Part shown: positions 38,126 to 47,971 of the stretch, piece after piece
Layout of the letters: every line of letters begins with the position of its first letter
Position numbering within the stretch: the stretch's first letter is position 1
Notes under the pieces: generated by a model
Database searches by the model: none
Told to the model about the DNA's origin: nothing
The model's input: the letters and a program-made list of their open reading frames with translations, nothing else
DNA from: an uncultured Pseudomonadota bacterium
Lineage (GTDB): Bacteria; Pseudomonadota; Alphaproteobacteria; Rs-D84
Direction of reading: 5' to 3'
Assembly: GCA_900321105.1 (NCBI GenBank)
Contig: OOHL01000001.1
Location: forward strand, 121,617-185,616
DNA: 64,000 nucleotides
Program-made: the position numbers and the translations under genes

Positions 38126-39562
38126 TTGCACCTGTTTTATGATATAATTCAAAGGATGGGAATATATAAATCTTTCTTGAAAAGTGCAATATTGTGTGCG
38201 CTGGGGCTTGGCGCATGTGATTTGCAACCAAAAATATCATCAATTCCAGACAGTATCGGTATGTTTATCGAAGACAGATATCCTGCATTATTAGCGGACC
38301 CATACGCACAGCCTGAAATTTATAATTCTGCGGTGACGGATTATGGTGTGTACGCATCACCTGAATTATACGGGTCTGCAAACATTAATGATTATGTTTT
38401 GTATGCCAGTGTTGATGATTATGTTTTGGTGCCTGAAAATAATGAAAATGAAATCGCAAAATCAGAACAACAAATTGAACAAGAAATCGCAGATGATTAT
38501 TTGATTGTCCCACTTTATGGAACACCAGAAATTGCAGAAAACACAAAGTCAAATGATGCGCCAACCACAAAATCATCAAATGAAATAATTGTTGTGCGCG
38601 GTGATACCGTCTATTCATTGGCACGCAAAAATAATATGAGTGTTTCTGAATTTGCAGCAATAAATAATTTGCATGAACCGTATACTTTGTCTGTGGGACA
38701 AAAATTAACAACGGCGCGCGTTGTATCAAAAAAAGATGTTCCAAATTTAATATCAAAAGAAAAAGTGGCAGAAATAAAATCTGAAAAAATTATTGTCAAA
38801 GAAGAGGTTAAACCAAACACAACAACGCGTGTCGATTTGCAAGAAATAACAGTTGCCCCGGGTGATACTTTGTATTCACTTTCGCGTAAATATGAAATTC
38901 CGGTTAATGATTTGGCGGTTATGAATAAAATATCAAGTCCGTTTAATTTATCAGTTGGTCAAAAATTAAAAGTTCCAAAATTAGATAAAGTTCAAACACG
39001 GTCTTCGTCTGAAATAAAGACAGCCGCAAAGACACCGGCTAAGATTACGCCGGCAAAAACAAGTGTCAGTGCCAAAACAACAAGTACGCAAAATGCGCCA
39101 GTACAAAATGCAAAGCAAACGCAACCAAAACAAAAGATTTCTTCGAATCCAAAACAACAATTGCCAAAGATTACTGCGCGTTCTGCATCCAAGTTTTCGT
39201 GGCCATTGCGTGGAAAGATTTTGTCTGCATATGGCGCAAAAAACAATGGTTTATTTAATGATGGTATTAACATCGCGGCGGCGTTGGGCACAACGGTTAA
39301 GGCGGCTGAAAACGGTGTTGTTGCGTATGCTGGGAACGAAGTCAAGGGTATGGGAAATTTAGTTATTATTCAACACAGTGATGGTTGGATGACAATTTAT
39401 GCACACCTGGATTCGATGTCTGTTAAACGCGGGAATAAAGTTATTGTCGGACAACAAATTGGCCGTGCCGGTAAAACAGGCAAGGTTGATAAACCGCAAC
39501 TTCACTTTGAAATTCGCAAGGGAACCAAGGCGTATAATCCGACACAATATTTGAAAAAATAA
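38126..39562 (+). CDS. nlpD: LysM-domain M23 peptidase lipoprotein (NlpD-like)
   Basis: lipobox LGLGAC; two LysM repeats (VRGDTVYSLAR, APGDTLYSLSR); C-terminal M23 motif HLHFEIR. Confidence 0.75.
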   Translation: MHLFYDIIQRMGIYKSFLKSAILCALGLGACDLQPKISSIPDSIGMFIEDRYPALLADPYAQPEIYNSAVTDYGVYASPELYGSANINDYVLYASVDDYVLVPENNENEIAKSEQQIEQEIADDYLIVPLYGTPEIAENTKSNDAPTTKSSNEIIVVRGDTVYSLARKNNMSVSEFAAINNLHEPYTLSVGQKLTTARVVSKKDVPNLISKEKVAEIKSEKIIVKEEVKPNTTTRVDLQEITVAPGDTLYSLSRKYEIPVNDLAVMNKISSPFNLSVGQKLKVPKLDKVQTRSSSEIKTAAKTPAKITPAKTSVSAKTTSTQNAPVQNAKQTQPKQKISSNPKQQLPKITARSASKFSWPLRGKILSAYGAKNNGLFNDGINIAAALGTTVKAAENGVVAYAGNEVKGMGNLVIIQHSDGWMTIYAHLDSMSVKRGNKVIVGQQIGRAGKTGKVDKPQLHFEIRKGTKAYNPTQYLKK

Positions 39563-39564
39563 AA

Positions 39565-39592
39565 ATAGGGCGCACATGCGCCCAGTTTTTTA
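39565..39592. terminator. bidirectional rho-independent terminator
   Basis: gggcgca-cat-gcgccc hairpin flanked by A-run and T-run. Confidence 0.55.
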
Positions 39593-39605
39593 TATGTGTT
39601 TTTTA

Positions 39606-40181
39606 TTACTGATTTAATGTTCCCCATGCGGCTTTATGTCCGCCGTCACGTGTCAGAATTATTTTAGCATTGTTTAATTGTGCCGCTGTTAAACCACGAA
39701 CAATATAAGATTGTTGCAGGCGACCAACGCGATCTATTTTTAATTTAGGTAATTCAATTGCCATTGCTTCTGTATCACAGCAAATACTGTTTTCGTTGCA
39801 TGTTTGGCATTGATAAACCTGGGCTGTATAAACTTTTCCTGGTCGAAGATGTTCCAAATCTACCTTCATTTTTAATCCGTTATCTGTTTCTTTGAATTTG
39901 ATTGTGCCCATCGCAGATTCACCGCCTTTGGCATTGTTTGTGTACATGTTTGCACTTACATTATTTATGTCAGATGCATCGTATGTTTGATAAAAGACTA
40001 CAGTTTCACTTGCTTGTACAAATTCGTCTTGTGATTGTGGTTTATGCGGACCATCTTTGTGTTGTCTTTTATATTGGTGTTCGTGATGGTCGTATTTATG
40101 TGTTGGGCACATTGTGCAGCCTGCGGTTAATATAGATATTGCACAAAGCGATGTTAATAAAATAGCGGTTTTTGATTTCAT
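39606..40181 (-). CDS. Cu/Zn-superoxide-dismutase-like lipoprotein, apparently lacking the metal-ligand histidines
   Basis: lipobox LTAGC; MGTIKFKETDNGLKMKVDLEHLRPGK resembles the SodC Greek-key N-terminus; no HxH or HFNP motifs. Confidence 0.4.
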   Translation of the reverse strand: MKSKTAILLTSLCAISILTAGCTMCPTHKYDHHEHQYKRQHKDGPHKPQSQDEFVQASETVVFYQTYDASDINNVSANMYTNNAKGGESAMGTIKFKETDNGLKMKVDLEHLRPGKVYTAQVYQCQTCNENSICCDTEAMAIELPKLKIDRVGRLQQSYIVRGLTAAQLNNAKIILTRDGGHKAAWGTLNQ

Positions 40182-40343
40182 AGATATCTCCTTTTAGGTT
40201 TGGGTTACGAAATAAATTTTATATTAAAAATCACACGATATCCCCAAGTTTGAATCCCTAGGAACCAAAGGAAAAATGGGACAATAACAATCTTTGATAA
40301 AAACTTGCATTTATATAAAAAAGCATATACAATGCAAGTCACT

Positions 40344-40419
40344 GGATGCATAGCTCAGTTGGTAGAGCAACTGACTCTTAATCAGTGGGTCCAGGGTTCG
40401 AGTCCCTGTGCGTCCACCA
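40344..40419 (+). tRNA. tRNA-Lys (anticodon CUU), with encoded CCA
   Basis: cloverleaf with 7-bp acceptor stem (one G-U pair); anticodon loop CUCUUAA; T-loop GGTTCGAGTCC. Confidence 0.9.
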
Positions 40420-40428
40420 AAATAAACA

Positions 40429-40452
40429 AACCACCAACGGTGGTTTTTTTAT
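40429..40452 (+). terminator. rho-independent terminator after tRNA-Lys
   Basis: aaccacc-aac-ggtggtt hairpin followed by a T-run. Confidence 0.5.
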
Positions 40453-40562
40453 TTTGTCGCACAAGCGGACGAGAATCCCTTTGTTCGACTATGAGTAAGC
40501 GAAAACGAGCGCAGAGAAGTTTGAGCGCTAACGAATGCGGCGCAGGCATTTTATGCCGAGCC

Positions 40563-40578
40563 AGTCCCTGTGTGTCCA
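40563..40578 (+). repeat. direct repeat of the tRNA-Lys 3' end (15/16 nt), att-like
   Basis: agtccctgtgtgtcca versus tRNA agtccctgtgcgtcca at 40401..40416. Confidence 0.55.
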
Positions 40579-40697
40579 GATTTTTTATTGTTGTAGAAAA
40601 TTTTTGTAACTTATTGATATTAACATTTTTTTTTGCGCTTGTATGGTCCCATCGTATATGACATAATATAAAAGAAAGTAATACCAAGGAGAATGAT

Positions 40698-41849
40698 ATG
40701 AAAAAACTTACAATATTAACATCAGTTTTAGCATTAGCTGCGTGCGGTGGTGGTTCTGGTGGTGGCGCTGGCGTTGCACCAATGGCAAATGTAACACCTA
40801 TGAATTTAGGATCACAGTATTCAAGGATTGCATGTAATTCAGATAGAAGCGAATGCAGAGGTGTGACAGTAGATTCAAATGGTAACACAACATTGTCTGA
40901 AGCAAGATTCGCCTCTAAAAGACTATCCAGAGCAGCATCAACACATGGTAATATTGCGGTTGGAAACGAACAATGGGATTTATTCTATGCAGATGATATT
41001 GATATGAATGTTATTTATTCTCCAGGGGAAGATAAAGTCGCGACACAAACATTTATTCTTGATTCCAAAGGAAATATAACAGGATTAAAATGGTCTGGGG
41101 ATGAAGAAGTTGCAGAGTTTGTACCAGGAGTTGTGTTATCTGGTATGAAATATATCGGTGATAATAAATTTAGTTTAAAATCTTCTGAATCAGACGGTAC
41201 ACTTGATTTTGAAAACTATGGTGATTTAAATTTTGCTAATTTTGGTGTTGTAAAAATACAAAATATGAAATGGACTGGTCACGATGTTGGCGAGGGTAAT
41301 ATGGATATACCTTTTGCTGGTGGATATAATGTTTTAAAACAAAACCCAACTGAAAATTTGGCGGATCAAACCATTACATATACAGGAACAGCGCGAGGTA
41401 TGGTTGAATATGCTGGTACAAAGACAAGTGATGCAGCACAAGATTATTTGAACATAACCGCAAATAATGCAACATTAACTTTGGATACAACTGGTGCAAA
41501 TGTAGTAGAAACTTTTGCTGGTAATTTTGTAAAAACAGAAAATCCATCTAAACACTGGTACACGATAACAGCAATAAACGATAATGGTGCTATAAATTAC
41601 GTATTTACTGGTAATAATGAAACAGAAAGCGATAGATTTGATATTGCGGGTACAAATCATACTGTTCAAATGTTTAAGACAGGGTATTACAGTGATAAAA
41701 AAGATACTGCGTCAGAAGCATCCGGTTTGTTCCAATATCAGGAAATTATAGACCCTGCATTAAAAGAACATCCAGGGGATGAATCACCTATGATACAAGA
41801 AAACAATAAAACCATATATTTTGGATTTGGTGGAAAGGTGACAGAATAA
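40698..41849 (+). CDS. surface-lipoprotein (SLP)-like lipoprotein 1
   Basis: signal peptide MKKLTILTSVLALAACGGGSGGG, a Neisseria/Pasteurellaceae-style SLP lipobox with a Gly/Ser linker; paralog of 41956..43125. Confidence 0.45.
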   Translation: MKKLTILTSVLALAACGGGSGGGAGVAPMANVTPMNLGSQYSRIACNSDRSECRGVTVDSNGNTTLSEARFASKRLSRAASTHGNIAVGNEQWDLFYADDIDMNVIYSPGEDKVATQTFILDSKGNITGLKWSGDEEVAEFVPGVVLSGMKYIGDNKFSLKSSESDGTLDFENYGDLNFANFGVVKIQNMKWTGHDVGEGNMDIPFAGGYNVLKQNPTENLADQTITYTGTARGMVEYAGTKTSDAAQDYLNITANNATLTLDTTGANVVETFAGNFVKTENPSKHWYTITAINDNGAINYVFTGNNETESDRFDIAGTNHTVQMFKTGYYSDKKDTASEASGLFQYQEIIDPALKEHPGDESPMIQENNKTIYFGFGGKVTE

Positions 41850-41867
41850 TCGTAAAACTTACAACAC

Positions 41868-41899
41868 GGATCCCCTGTCACAACAGGGGATTTTTTTTA
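41868..41899 (+). terminator. rho-independent terminator between the two SLP-like genes
   Basis: gatcccctg-tcacaa-caggggat hairpin followed by a T-run. Confidence 0.5.
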
Positions 41900-41955
41900 T
41901 GGTAATGTTCCTAGTATTGTACTAGGATATATTTATCGAAAGAAAAGGGGGCGTT

Positions 41956-43125
41956 ATGAAAAAACTTATAATATTAACATCTGTATTGGCATTGGCTGCA
42001 TGTGGCGGCGGTTCCGGTGGTCCAGACGAAAGATTTGTAGTAAGATCATCTTCCCCATACGCATATGTAACACAAAGCGCAGCAGAATCGAACAAAGATA
42101 TCACGTCAATTGCATCTGAAGTTCGCAAATGTGTTGATGATAATTGCGCAAAGAATACACACAATGGCAATGGTACGAATTTGCCAACGGTGACACCACG
42201 TATAAGCTCATACAGTGATAATACAGGTAATTGGAATGTGTACAATTTGTCAGATGTTAAATTTAACATGGCAGACGAGGGGTTGGAACCAGGCGACGAA
42301 AGTTTTAATTTTGTTGTCGATGACAAAGAAGGCAGTGCAACACGTGGCAAAATCATTGGTATTGATATGGGATTGCGAGATTCAGAAACACATCCACAAC
42401 ATGGTAATACAAATGTCAAGGCGGATTTTGTGCGTAACGATGATAACAGTTTTTCTGGGTATGTAAAACACAATGGTGAACATGCTGATGCAAATGGATG
42501 GACATATGTGGAAAAGGCGAATTTTGAATCATTGGGCAAAGGTTTGACTAATAAACTTACATATTCTGATTTTGGGCAATTGGATTTAAGTGAAGCGAAA
42601 GAATACTGGAAACCTGTATTTATTGGCGGTTATGATGTGAAGAAAATATCCCCAGCGGATGTTAATGTTAAAAAAACATCAAAAGATGACGTGTTTTCTG
42701 GAAAGGTAGTTGGTTATGTTGCGTCAAATGATGGACATGGTAATGTTGAAACTTTCGCATTAGAATCTAACAACGCAACATTGACTTTTGATAAAGACAA
42801 TAACAAAACAACAACATTGAATGCAAGTTTTACAGACTGGTACAATATGGTGTACACAGAAAATGACACAACAAAATCTGTTGTATTGTCTGGGTATAAT
42901 GGTGACCATCAGATGTTAACAACACCAGAAGATGGTAAAGTGACGATTGAAAATACCGGGATATTATCAGATATACGATATTTTGGTGATAATAATGTTC
43001 CAATTGAATCTGTCGGTTTAATTCAAATTCGTGATTGTGGAGGAACCGAATGTCCAGAACACTTTGACAGCGAGGAAGTTCGTGTTGATGTTGGTTTTGG
43101 TGTCAGCAGAAAGATTACTGATTGA
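41956..43125 (+). CDS. surface-lipoprotein (SLP)-like lipoprotein 2
   Basis: signal peptide MKKLIILTSVLALAACGGGSGG; its stop overlaps the downstream Slam-like gene start. Confidence 0.45.
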   Translation: MKKLIILTSVLALAACGGGSGGPDERFVVRSSSPYAYVTQSAAESNKDITSIASEVRKCVDDNCAKNTHNGNGTNLPTVTPRISSYSDNTGNWNVYNLSDVKFNMADEGLEPGDESFNFVVDDKEGSATRGKIIGIDMGLRDSETHPQHGNTNVKADFVRNDDNSFSGYVKHNGEHADANGWTYVEKANFESLGKGLTNKLTYSDFGQLDLSEAKEYWKPVFIGGYDVKKISPADVNVKKTSKDDVFSGKVVGYVASNDGHGNVETFALESNNATLTFDKDNNKTTTLNASFTDWYNMVYTENDTTKSVVLSGYNGDHQMLTTPEDGKVTIENTGILSDIRYFGDNNVPIESVGLIQIRDCGGTECPEHFDSEEVRVDVGFGVSRKITD

Positions 43126-44477
43126 AAAAAATATTACTGATTTTATGCGTTGTGATTTCGCCTATGTTTTCATTGGCTGAACCTGATGTGAAACAAAATG
43201 GCAAAACAACAGAAATCACAATGTCTGCGCTGGATGCTGTAAAGCTGGCTGGCAATTTAATAGACAAGGGTGATTACGAGCATGCAAGTCAAATTCTTAC
43301 CATGATGCCAAAGACAGACAGTTTGCCTGTGGAAATAGAAAGATGGTTTCTTTTGGCACAAATGGAACAAAGAAAAGGTAATTACGAAGAAGCCATTAAA
43401 ATTTATCGTAAAATTCTTGATGATCAACCAGATTTGGCACGTATTCGTTTTGAATTGGCATTATGTTATATGAAAATGGGTCGTTGGTATCGTGCCGATT
43501 ATCATTTGCGTCTTGCCATGGCTGGAAAAGATTTACCAGATAATGTCAAACAAATGATGGCGTATTATCGTTATATTGTTCGTCAAAATAAACGTTGGAA
43601 TGTTTGGTTTAATTTTGGTGCGGCACCTGATTCTAATATAAACAATGGTAATGGTGGTGAAGAGTGTGTCGTAAATGGTTGGGGACGTTTTTGTCGTAAT
43701 CTTAAAGAACCAGAATCTGTGGTTGGTGCAAATTTAACATTGGGTGGAAATTACGAATTTGTATTATCTGATCATTGGCGTTGGAAAAGTGATGCAAACA
43801 TTTATTCCAATACTTATAACAACCACGATTATGATGATTTGTATTTGTCTTCATCAACCGGACCTCGATATATTTGGTCACGGGGGGACGTTTGGTTGGC
43901 GGCGATAGGCGCACGTCGTTGGTATGGTTGGGAAAAGTATAATTATTCATATGGTGCAAAACTGGACACGAATTATGACTTTACACGTAAATTGTCAGGT
44001 GGACTGACTTTGCGTTATATGGAAAATAAATATGATGAATATGGACCATTTTTAAATGGGCAAACATATTCAACAAGTTTCAGTTTGTATTATTCATTTA
44101 ACGCACGTTTGTATACGGTATTAAGAACTGGTTTGATACGTGAAGATACTGTTGTTCCAACTTATTCATATTGGCAGCCAAATTTTGCCATAGGATTGGG
44201 GATAGAATTGCCTGCTGGATTTCATGTATATGCAGAACCTTCGTTCTATATGTCTAAATATGATGATGCACAATGGGTTGTAAAAGATTTTGATTACACC
44301 CAAATCACAGAACGCGATTTTGTTCAAAGATATGCATTGTCTGTTTCTAATAATAAATTTGATGTGTGGGGTTTTGTGCCAACGTTTACAATCTCTTATA
44401 TGCGCCGCGATTCAAATATCTGGCAAAGGGAATTTGATAAAACAACACTTGAATTTACAATGCGGCAAAGATTTTAA
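43122..44477 (+). CDS. Slam-like (DUF560) outer-membrane protein: N-terminal TPR domain plus C-terminal beta-barrel
   Basis: signal peptide; TPR-like GNYEEAIKIYRKILDDQPDLARIRFELALCYMKMGRW; Trp/Tyr-rich barrel ending EFTMRQRF; lies immediately downstream of the two SLP-like genes. Confidence 0.45.
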   Translation: MKKILLILCVVISPMFSLAEPDVKQNGKTTEITMSALDAVKLAGNLIDKGDYEHASQILTMMPKTDSLPVEIERWFLLAQMEQRKGNYEEAIKIYRKILDDQPDLARIRFELALCYMKMGRWYRADYHLRLAMAGKDLPDNVKQMMAYYRYIVRQNKRWNVWFNFGAAPDSNINNGNGGEECVVNGWGRFCRNLKEPESVVGANLTLGGNYEFVLSDHWRWKSDANIYSNTYNNHDYDDLYLSSSTGPRYIWSRGDVWLAAIGARRWYGWEKYNYSYGAKLDTNYDFTRKLSGGLTLRYMENKYDEYGPFLNGQTYSTSFSLYYSFNARLYTVLRTGLIREDTVVPTYSYWQPNFAIGLGIELPAGFHVYAEPSFYMSKYDDAQWVVKDFDYTQITERDFVQRYALSVSNNKFDVWGFVPTFTISYMRRDSNIWQREFDKTTLEFTMRQRF

Positions 44478-44518
44478 TGCATGTTGCAAAACGCTTTTTT
44501 TATGCTTAAATATAATTT

Positions 44519-45184
44519 ATGAAAATTATAGATGCACATTCTCATATTGATTATATAACACACAATTATCAATCTGATGTTGTGAGGACGATTTGTTGCG
44601 CAACGAATGAATCTGAATGGGATAAATTGACCGACATGATTACGCGTGATAAAAATATTTATGGCGCATTTGGCGTTCATCCTTGGTTTGTTGATGAAGC
44701 ACAATTCGGATTTGAAAAACGATTATATGATTTATTACAATCAAATGATGATTTTATGGTTGGTGAAATTGGCCTCGATAAATTCAAACCAAATATGGAT
44801 AATCAAATAGATGTTTTTTGCAGGCAAATGAATATCGCTGTTGAATTGAACAGAACTGTCTTTTTACATTGTGTTGGCGCATGGGATAAGATTTTGCATA
44901 TATTAAAATCTTACAAAAAATTACCAGCAATTGTTGCACATGATTTTAACGGCAGTATTGATATCTTGAATACATTGATTAAAAACTATGATATTATGTT
45001 TTCATTGCACAGAATAAATGCAGACCTAATCGGTGCAACACCAATCGATAAAATTATGGTTGAAACGGATGGAAAAAATAATATTATCTTGCAAGATATA
45101 ATTGATAAAATATCAATAATAAAAAATGAACCAGATGCAAATGATATAATATATAAAAACACGCAAAGGATTTTAAATAAATGA
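44519..45184 (+). CDS. tatD: TatD-family metal-dependent hydrolase
   Basis: MKIIDAHSHIDY N-terminal His pair; HCVGAW motif. Confidence 0.7.
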   Translation: MKIIDAHSHIDYITHNYQSDVVRTICCATNESEWDKLTDMITRDKNIYGAFGVHPWFVDEAQFGFEKRLYDLLQSNDDFMVGEIGLDKFKPNMDNQIDVFCRQMNIAVELNRTVFLHCVGAWDKILHILKSYKKLPAIVAHDFNGSIDILNTLIKNYDIMFSLHRINADLIGATPIDKIMVETDGKNNIILQDIIDKISIIKNEPDANDIIYKNTQRILNK

Positions 45185-45858
45185 ATAAACGATTAAACAG
45201 AATTACTTTGTTATTGGGTGATGATGCGGTTTCAAAATTAAAAAAATCAACAGTTATGGTTGTCGGTTGTGGTGCGGTTGGTTCGTTCGCAATTGAATCT
45301 TTGGCGCGTTGCGGGCTGGGGCATTTAATTCTGATTGATTTTGATAATGCGGAAGAATCAAATATAAATCGTCAATTATTTGCATTGGATTCAACATTGG
45401 GTAAACCAAAGGTGGAAATTGCAAAATCGCGAATTCATGATATCAATCCAGAAATAACTGTGGATGTGTTTAATATGTTTTTTGATGATAAAACACAACT
45501 GGATGTAAAACCAGATTATGTGATTGATGCGATAGATTCTGTTCAATCTAAGATAGCGCTTTATAAATGGTGCTTTGAAAATAATATTCCTTTTATTTCC
45601 AGTATGGGCGCGGCGCGTAAAACAGACCCATCAAAAATTAAAGTAAGTAAAATTTCTAAAACAACAGTATGTCCATTGGCTGCAAAAATTCGTCATATTG
45701 TGCGTGACGAAAAATTAAAAGATTTCCCAGTTGTTTATTCTGTTGAAGAATCTGTCCCACAACCAAATGGTGGACGCGAATTTGGTTCGATTATAACCGT
45801 GACCGGGACATTTGGTTTGTTGCTGGCTGATTTTGTTATCAGAAAATTGGTTTCATAA
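45181..45858 (+). CDS. tcdA: tRNA threonylcarbamoyladenosine dehydratase (ThiF/MoeB fold)
   Basis: VMVVGCGAVGS Rossmann motif; about 225 aa. Confidence 0.6.
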   Translation: MNKRLNRITLLLGDDAVSKLKKSTVMVVGCGAVGSFAIESLARCGLGHLILIDFDNAEESNINRQLFALDSTLGKPKVEIAKSRIHDINPEITVDVFNMFFDDKTQLDVKPDYVIDAIDSVQSKIALYKWCFENNIPFISSMGAARKTDPSKIKVSKISKTTVCPLAAKIRHIVRDEKLKDFPVVYSVEESVPQPNGGREFGSIITVTGTFGLLLADFVIRKLVS

Positions 45859-45986
45859 ATATTCTGTATATGGCGGATTTGTTGGTTTGTGACGTGTGTC
45901 CTATGGATACATGCCTATATAAATATGGTATGTTGTCTGATAGAATACAAAGTGTTGAGATTAATCAGCAACAAAAGGAGAAACTT

Positions 45987-46589
45987 ATGAAAAAACTTAT
46001 TGCCACATCAATGGCAGTATTAATAGCAGCCCCAGCATTTGCAGGTGGTCGTGCCTATGAACAACAAACATCCAGCTTTTTAGGTTGGGATATTTTGCCA
46101 TATGTTGCATTACGTGGTGGTGCCACATACGGTAATTTAAATTATAAATACAATGATGTCAAAGAAAGCATAACGCAAAATTTATATCAAGCGCGTGCTG
46201 CACTTGGTTTGTCTTTGTATGAAAAAACACGTGTTGAAATCGAAGGTTCTTTCTTCACAAAAGGCAATAAAACTAAATCATTTGGCGACATTGAAAATGT
46301 TGGTGTTTCATCAAAGAATATTGAATTGATGGCAAACGCATATTTGGATTTGTGGCATTTCCATTATATTCAACCATTCGCCGGTATCGGTGCAGGTATG
46401 GCATTTATTGACACCAAAGCAGCAGATGCCAGCAGTGACGGAACAAAGTTTTCTATGATGGGAACTTTGGGATTGGCGATGCCATTTGGTTGTTTTGATG
46501 TTGAAGTTGCCGCACGTTATAACTATATCGATGTTCAATCTGGAATGCATAATTTCAGTGGTGATGTTGGTATCCGTTATAAGTTCTAA
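45987..46589 (+). CDS. small outer-membrane beta-barrel (Omp25/OmpA-like porin family)
   Basis: AAGGAG RBS; signal peptide MKKLIATSMAVLIAAPAFA; C-terminal GIRYKF. Confidence 0.6.
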   Translation: MKKLIATSMAVLIAAPAFAGGRAYEQQTSSFLGWDILPYVALRGGATYGNLNYKYNDVKESITQNLYQARAALGLSLYEKTRVEIEGSFFTKGNKTKSFGDIENVGVSSKNIELMANAYLDLWHFHYIQPFAGIGAGMAFIDTKAADASSDGTKFSMMGTLGLAMPFGCFDVEVAARYNYIDVQSGMHNFSGDVGIRYKF

Positions 46590-46610
46590 ACTTTCCTCGT
46601 TTCGCTTTGT

Positions 46611-46639
46611 AATCCCGTTTTTTAACGGGATTTTTTTAT
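46611..46639 (+). terminator. rho-independent terminator
   Basis: aatcccgtt-tttt-aacgggatt hairpin followed by a T-run. Confidence 0.55.
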
Positions 46640-46691
46640 AAATATTTATTGATTGTTTTATGAAATATCATTGTGCTAGCATAACAATGTT

Positions 46692-47969
46692 ATGAATAAA
46701 TACCTATTATTTTTGTTGTCTTTATTTGTATGGTTTCCAGTGTATGCCGGTATACTTGTTGATGAATTTGGAATTGCAACAATAAAAGATTGCGATAATA
46801 TAAGTATCAATGACATAACGTCACTGACAGCCAATACGTTTCAAATATCCAATTCAACAATTGTCATAGATAATTTTTCTGATTGGCAAAATTGGACTGC
46901 CACAGATGTTGAATTATCTAATGTGACTTTGCAGCTTGGCGATATAGAAAATGTCCCACAGAATATAAAGTTGGAACATGTCTCTGATGCAAGTTCTGTT
47001 GTTGTCACCGCAAAAAATCAAAGCAGTTTATATAAAACAGATTTAAAGGCATTATATGACGATGTGTTTCTGTCTTGGGTGCGCGAAACAAATTATGTGC
47101 AGGTTTTTGATGATACGGATACACGTGGCGATTTTGTTGAGAATATTCGTGCAAATCATCCAGATGATAAAATGATTGTTGCCCTAGATGGTGCAAACAC
47201 TGAATCTGAGATAAATTCGCTTATGAATTCTTCGTATCATTTTAATCCGATGATTTTGATGAATCCGATAAAAACAATAAATCGTGCAACATTGATGGAT
47301 ACCGAATTCAATACAGATAATGTTGGCGCAAATGTAGATTATATTATATCAAATAAAATGACGGATTTTTCAGGACATGTTTATTTGGGTGGAAAATACA
47401 ATAATTCTTATTTGAATATAGGTATTAATGTAAATAAATTTTCTTATAAAGATTCTTTAAATGAATTTGATGGTTTTGCATATGGTCTTGATTTACGGGC
47501 CAGACAATATTTATATGATTTTTGGATTGATGGTTTGATTGGTTTTAATCGTGCACTGTTTGATGCAGATGACGTATATCAAAACGAAACAACATCCCAT
47601 AATCCAAAAGGAATATCAGAATATGCGCGCATTAATATTGGATATGATTTTACAAAATTTGCAGATTTTGTAATTTCTCCATTTGTCGGTGTTATATTTC
47701 AAAGATCTGAAATTATGAATATGTCTGATACAGATACAAATTTATTGATAGGTACAAATGCTAAATATAATTTTGTGTTGGACGGAATAAAATACGAATA
47801 TGTTGTATCAATTGCCAGTGATGAAAATATAAATTGGTATATTAGTGGAAAAGTTGGTTTCACAAGTATCGTTGACAGTGTCGGTGCATCAATAGCTGTT
47901 AACGCTTTAAAGGACGAATTTGATAATATCAATTACAAATTATCTTTAAACGCAAAATTGCAATTTTAA
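46692..47969 (+). CDS. secreted / outer-membrane protein with a C-terminal beta-barrel-like domain (autotransporter-like)
   Basis: signal peptide; C-terminal ...LSLNAKLQF. Confidence 0.4.
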   Translation: MNKYLLFLLSLFVWFPVYAGILVDEFGIATIKDCDNISINDITSLTANTFQISNSTIVIDNFSDWQNWTATDVELSNVTLQLGDIENVPQNIKLEHVSDASSVVVTAKNQSSLYKTDLKALYDDVFLSWVRETNYVQVFDDTDTRGDFVENIRANHPDDKMIVALDGANTESEINSLMNSSYHFNPMILMNPIKTINRATLMDTEFNTDNVGANVDYIISNKMTDFSGHVYLGGKYNNSYLNIGINVNKFSYKDSLNEFDGFAYGLDLRARQYLYDFWIDGLIGFNRALFDADDVYQNETTSHNPKGISEYARINIGYDFTKFADFVISPFVGVIFQRSEIMNMSDTDTNLLIGTNAKYNFVLDGIKYEYVVSIASDENINWYISGKVGFTSIVDSVGASIAVNALKDEFDNINYKLSLNAKLQF

Positions 47970-47971
47970 TA

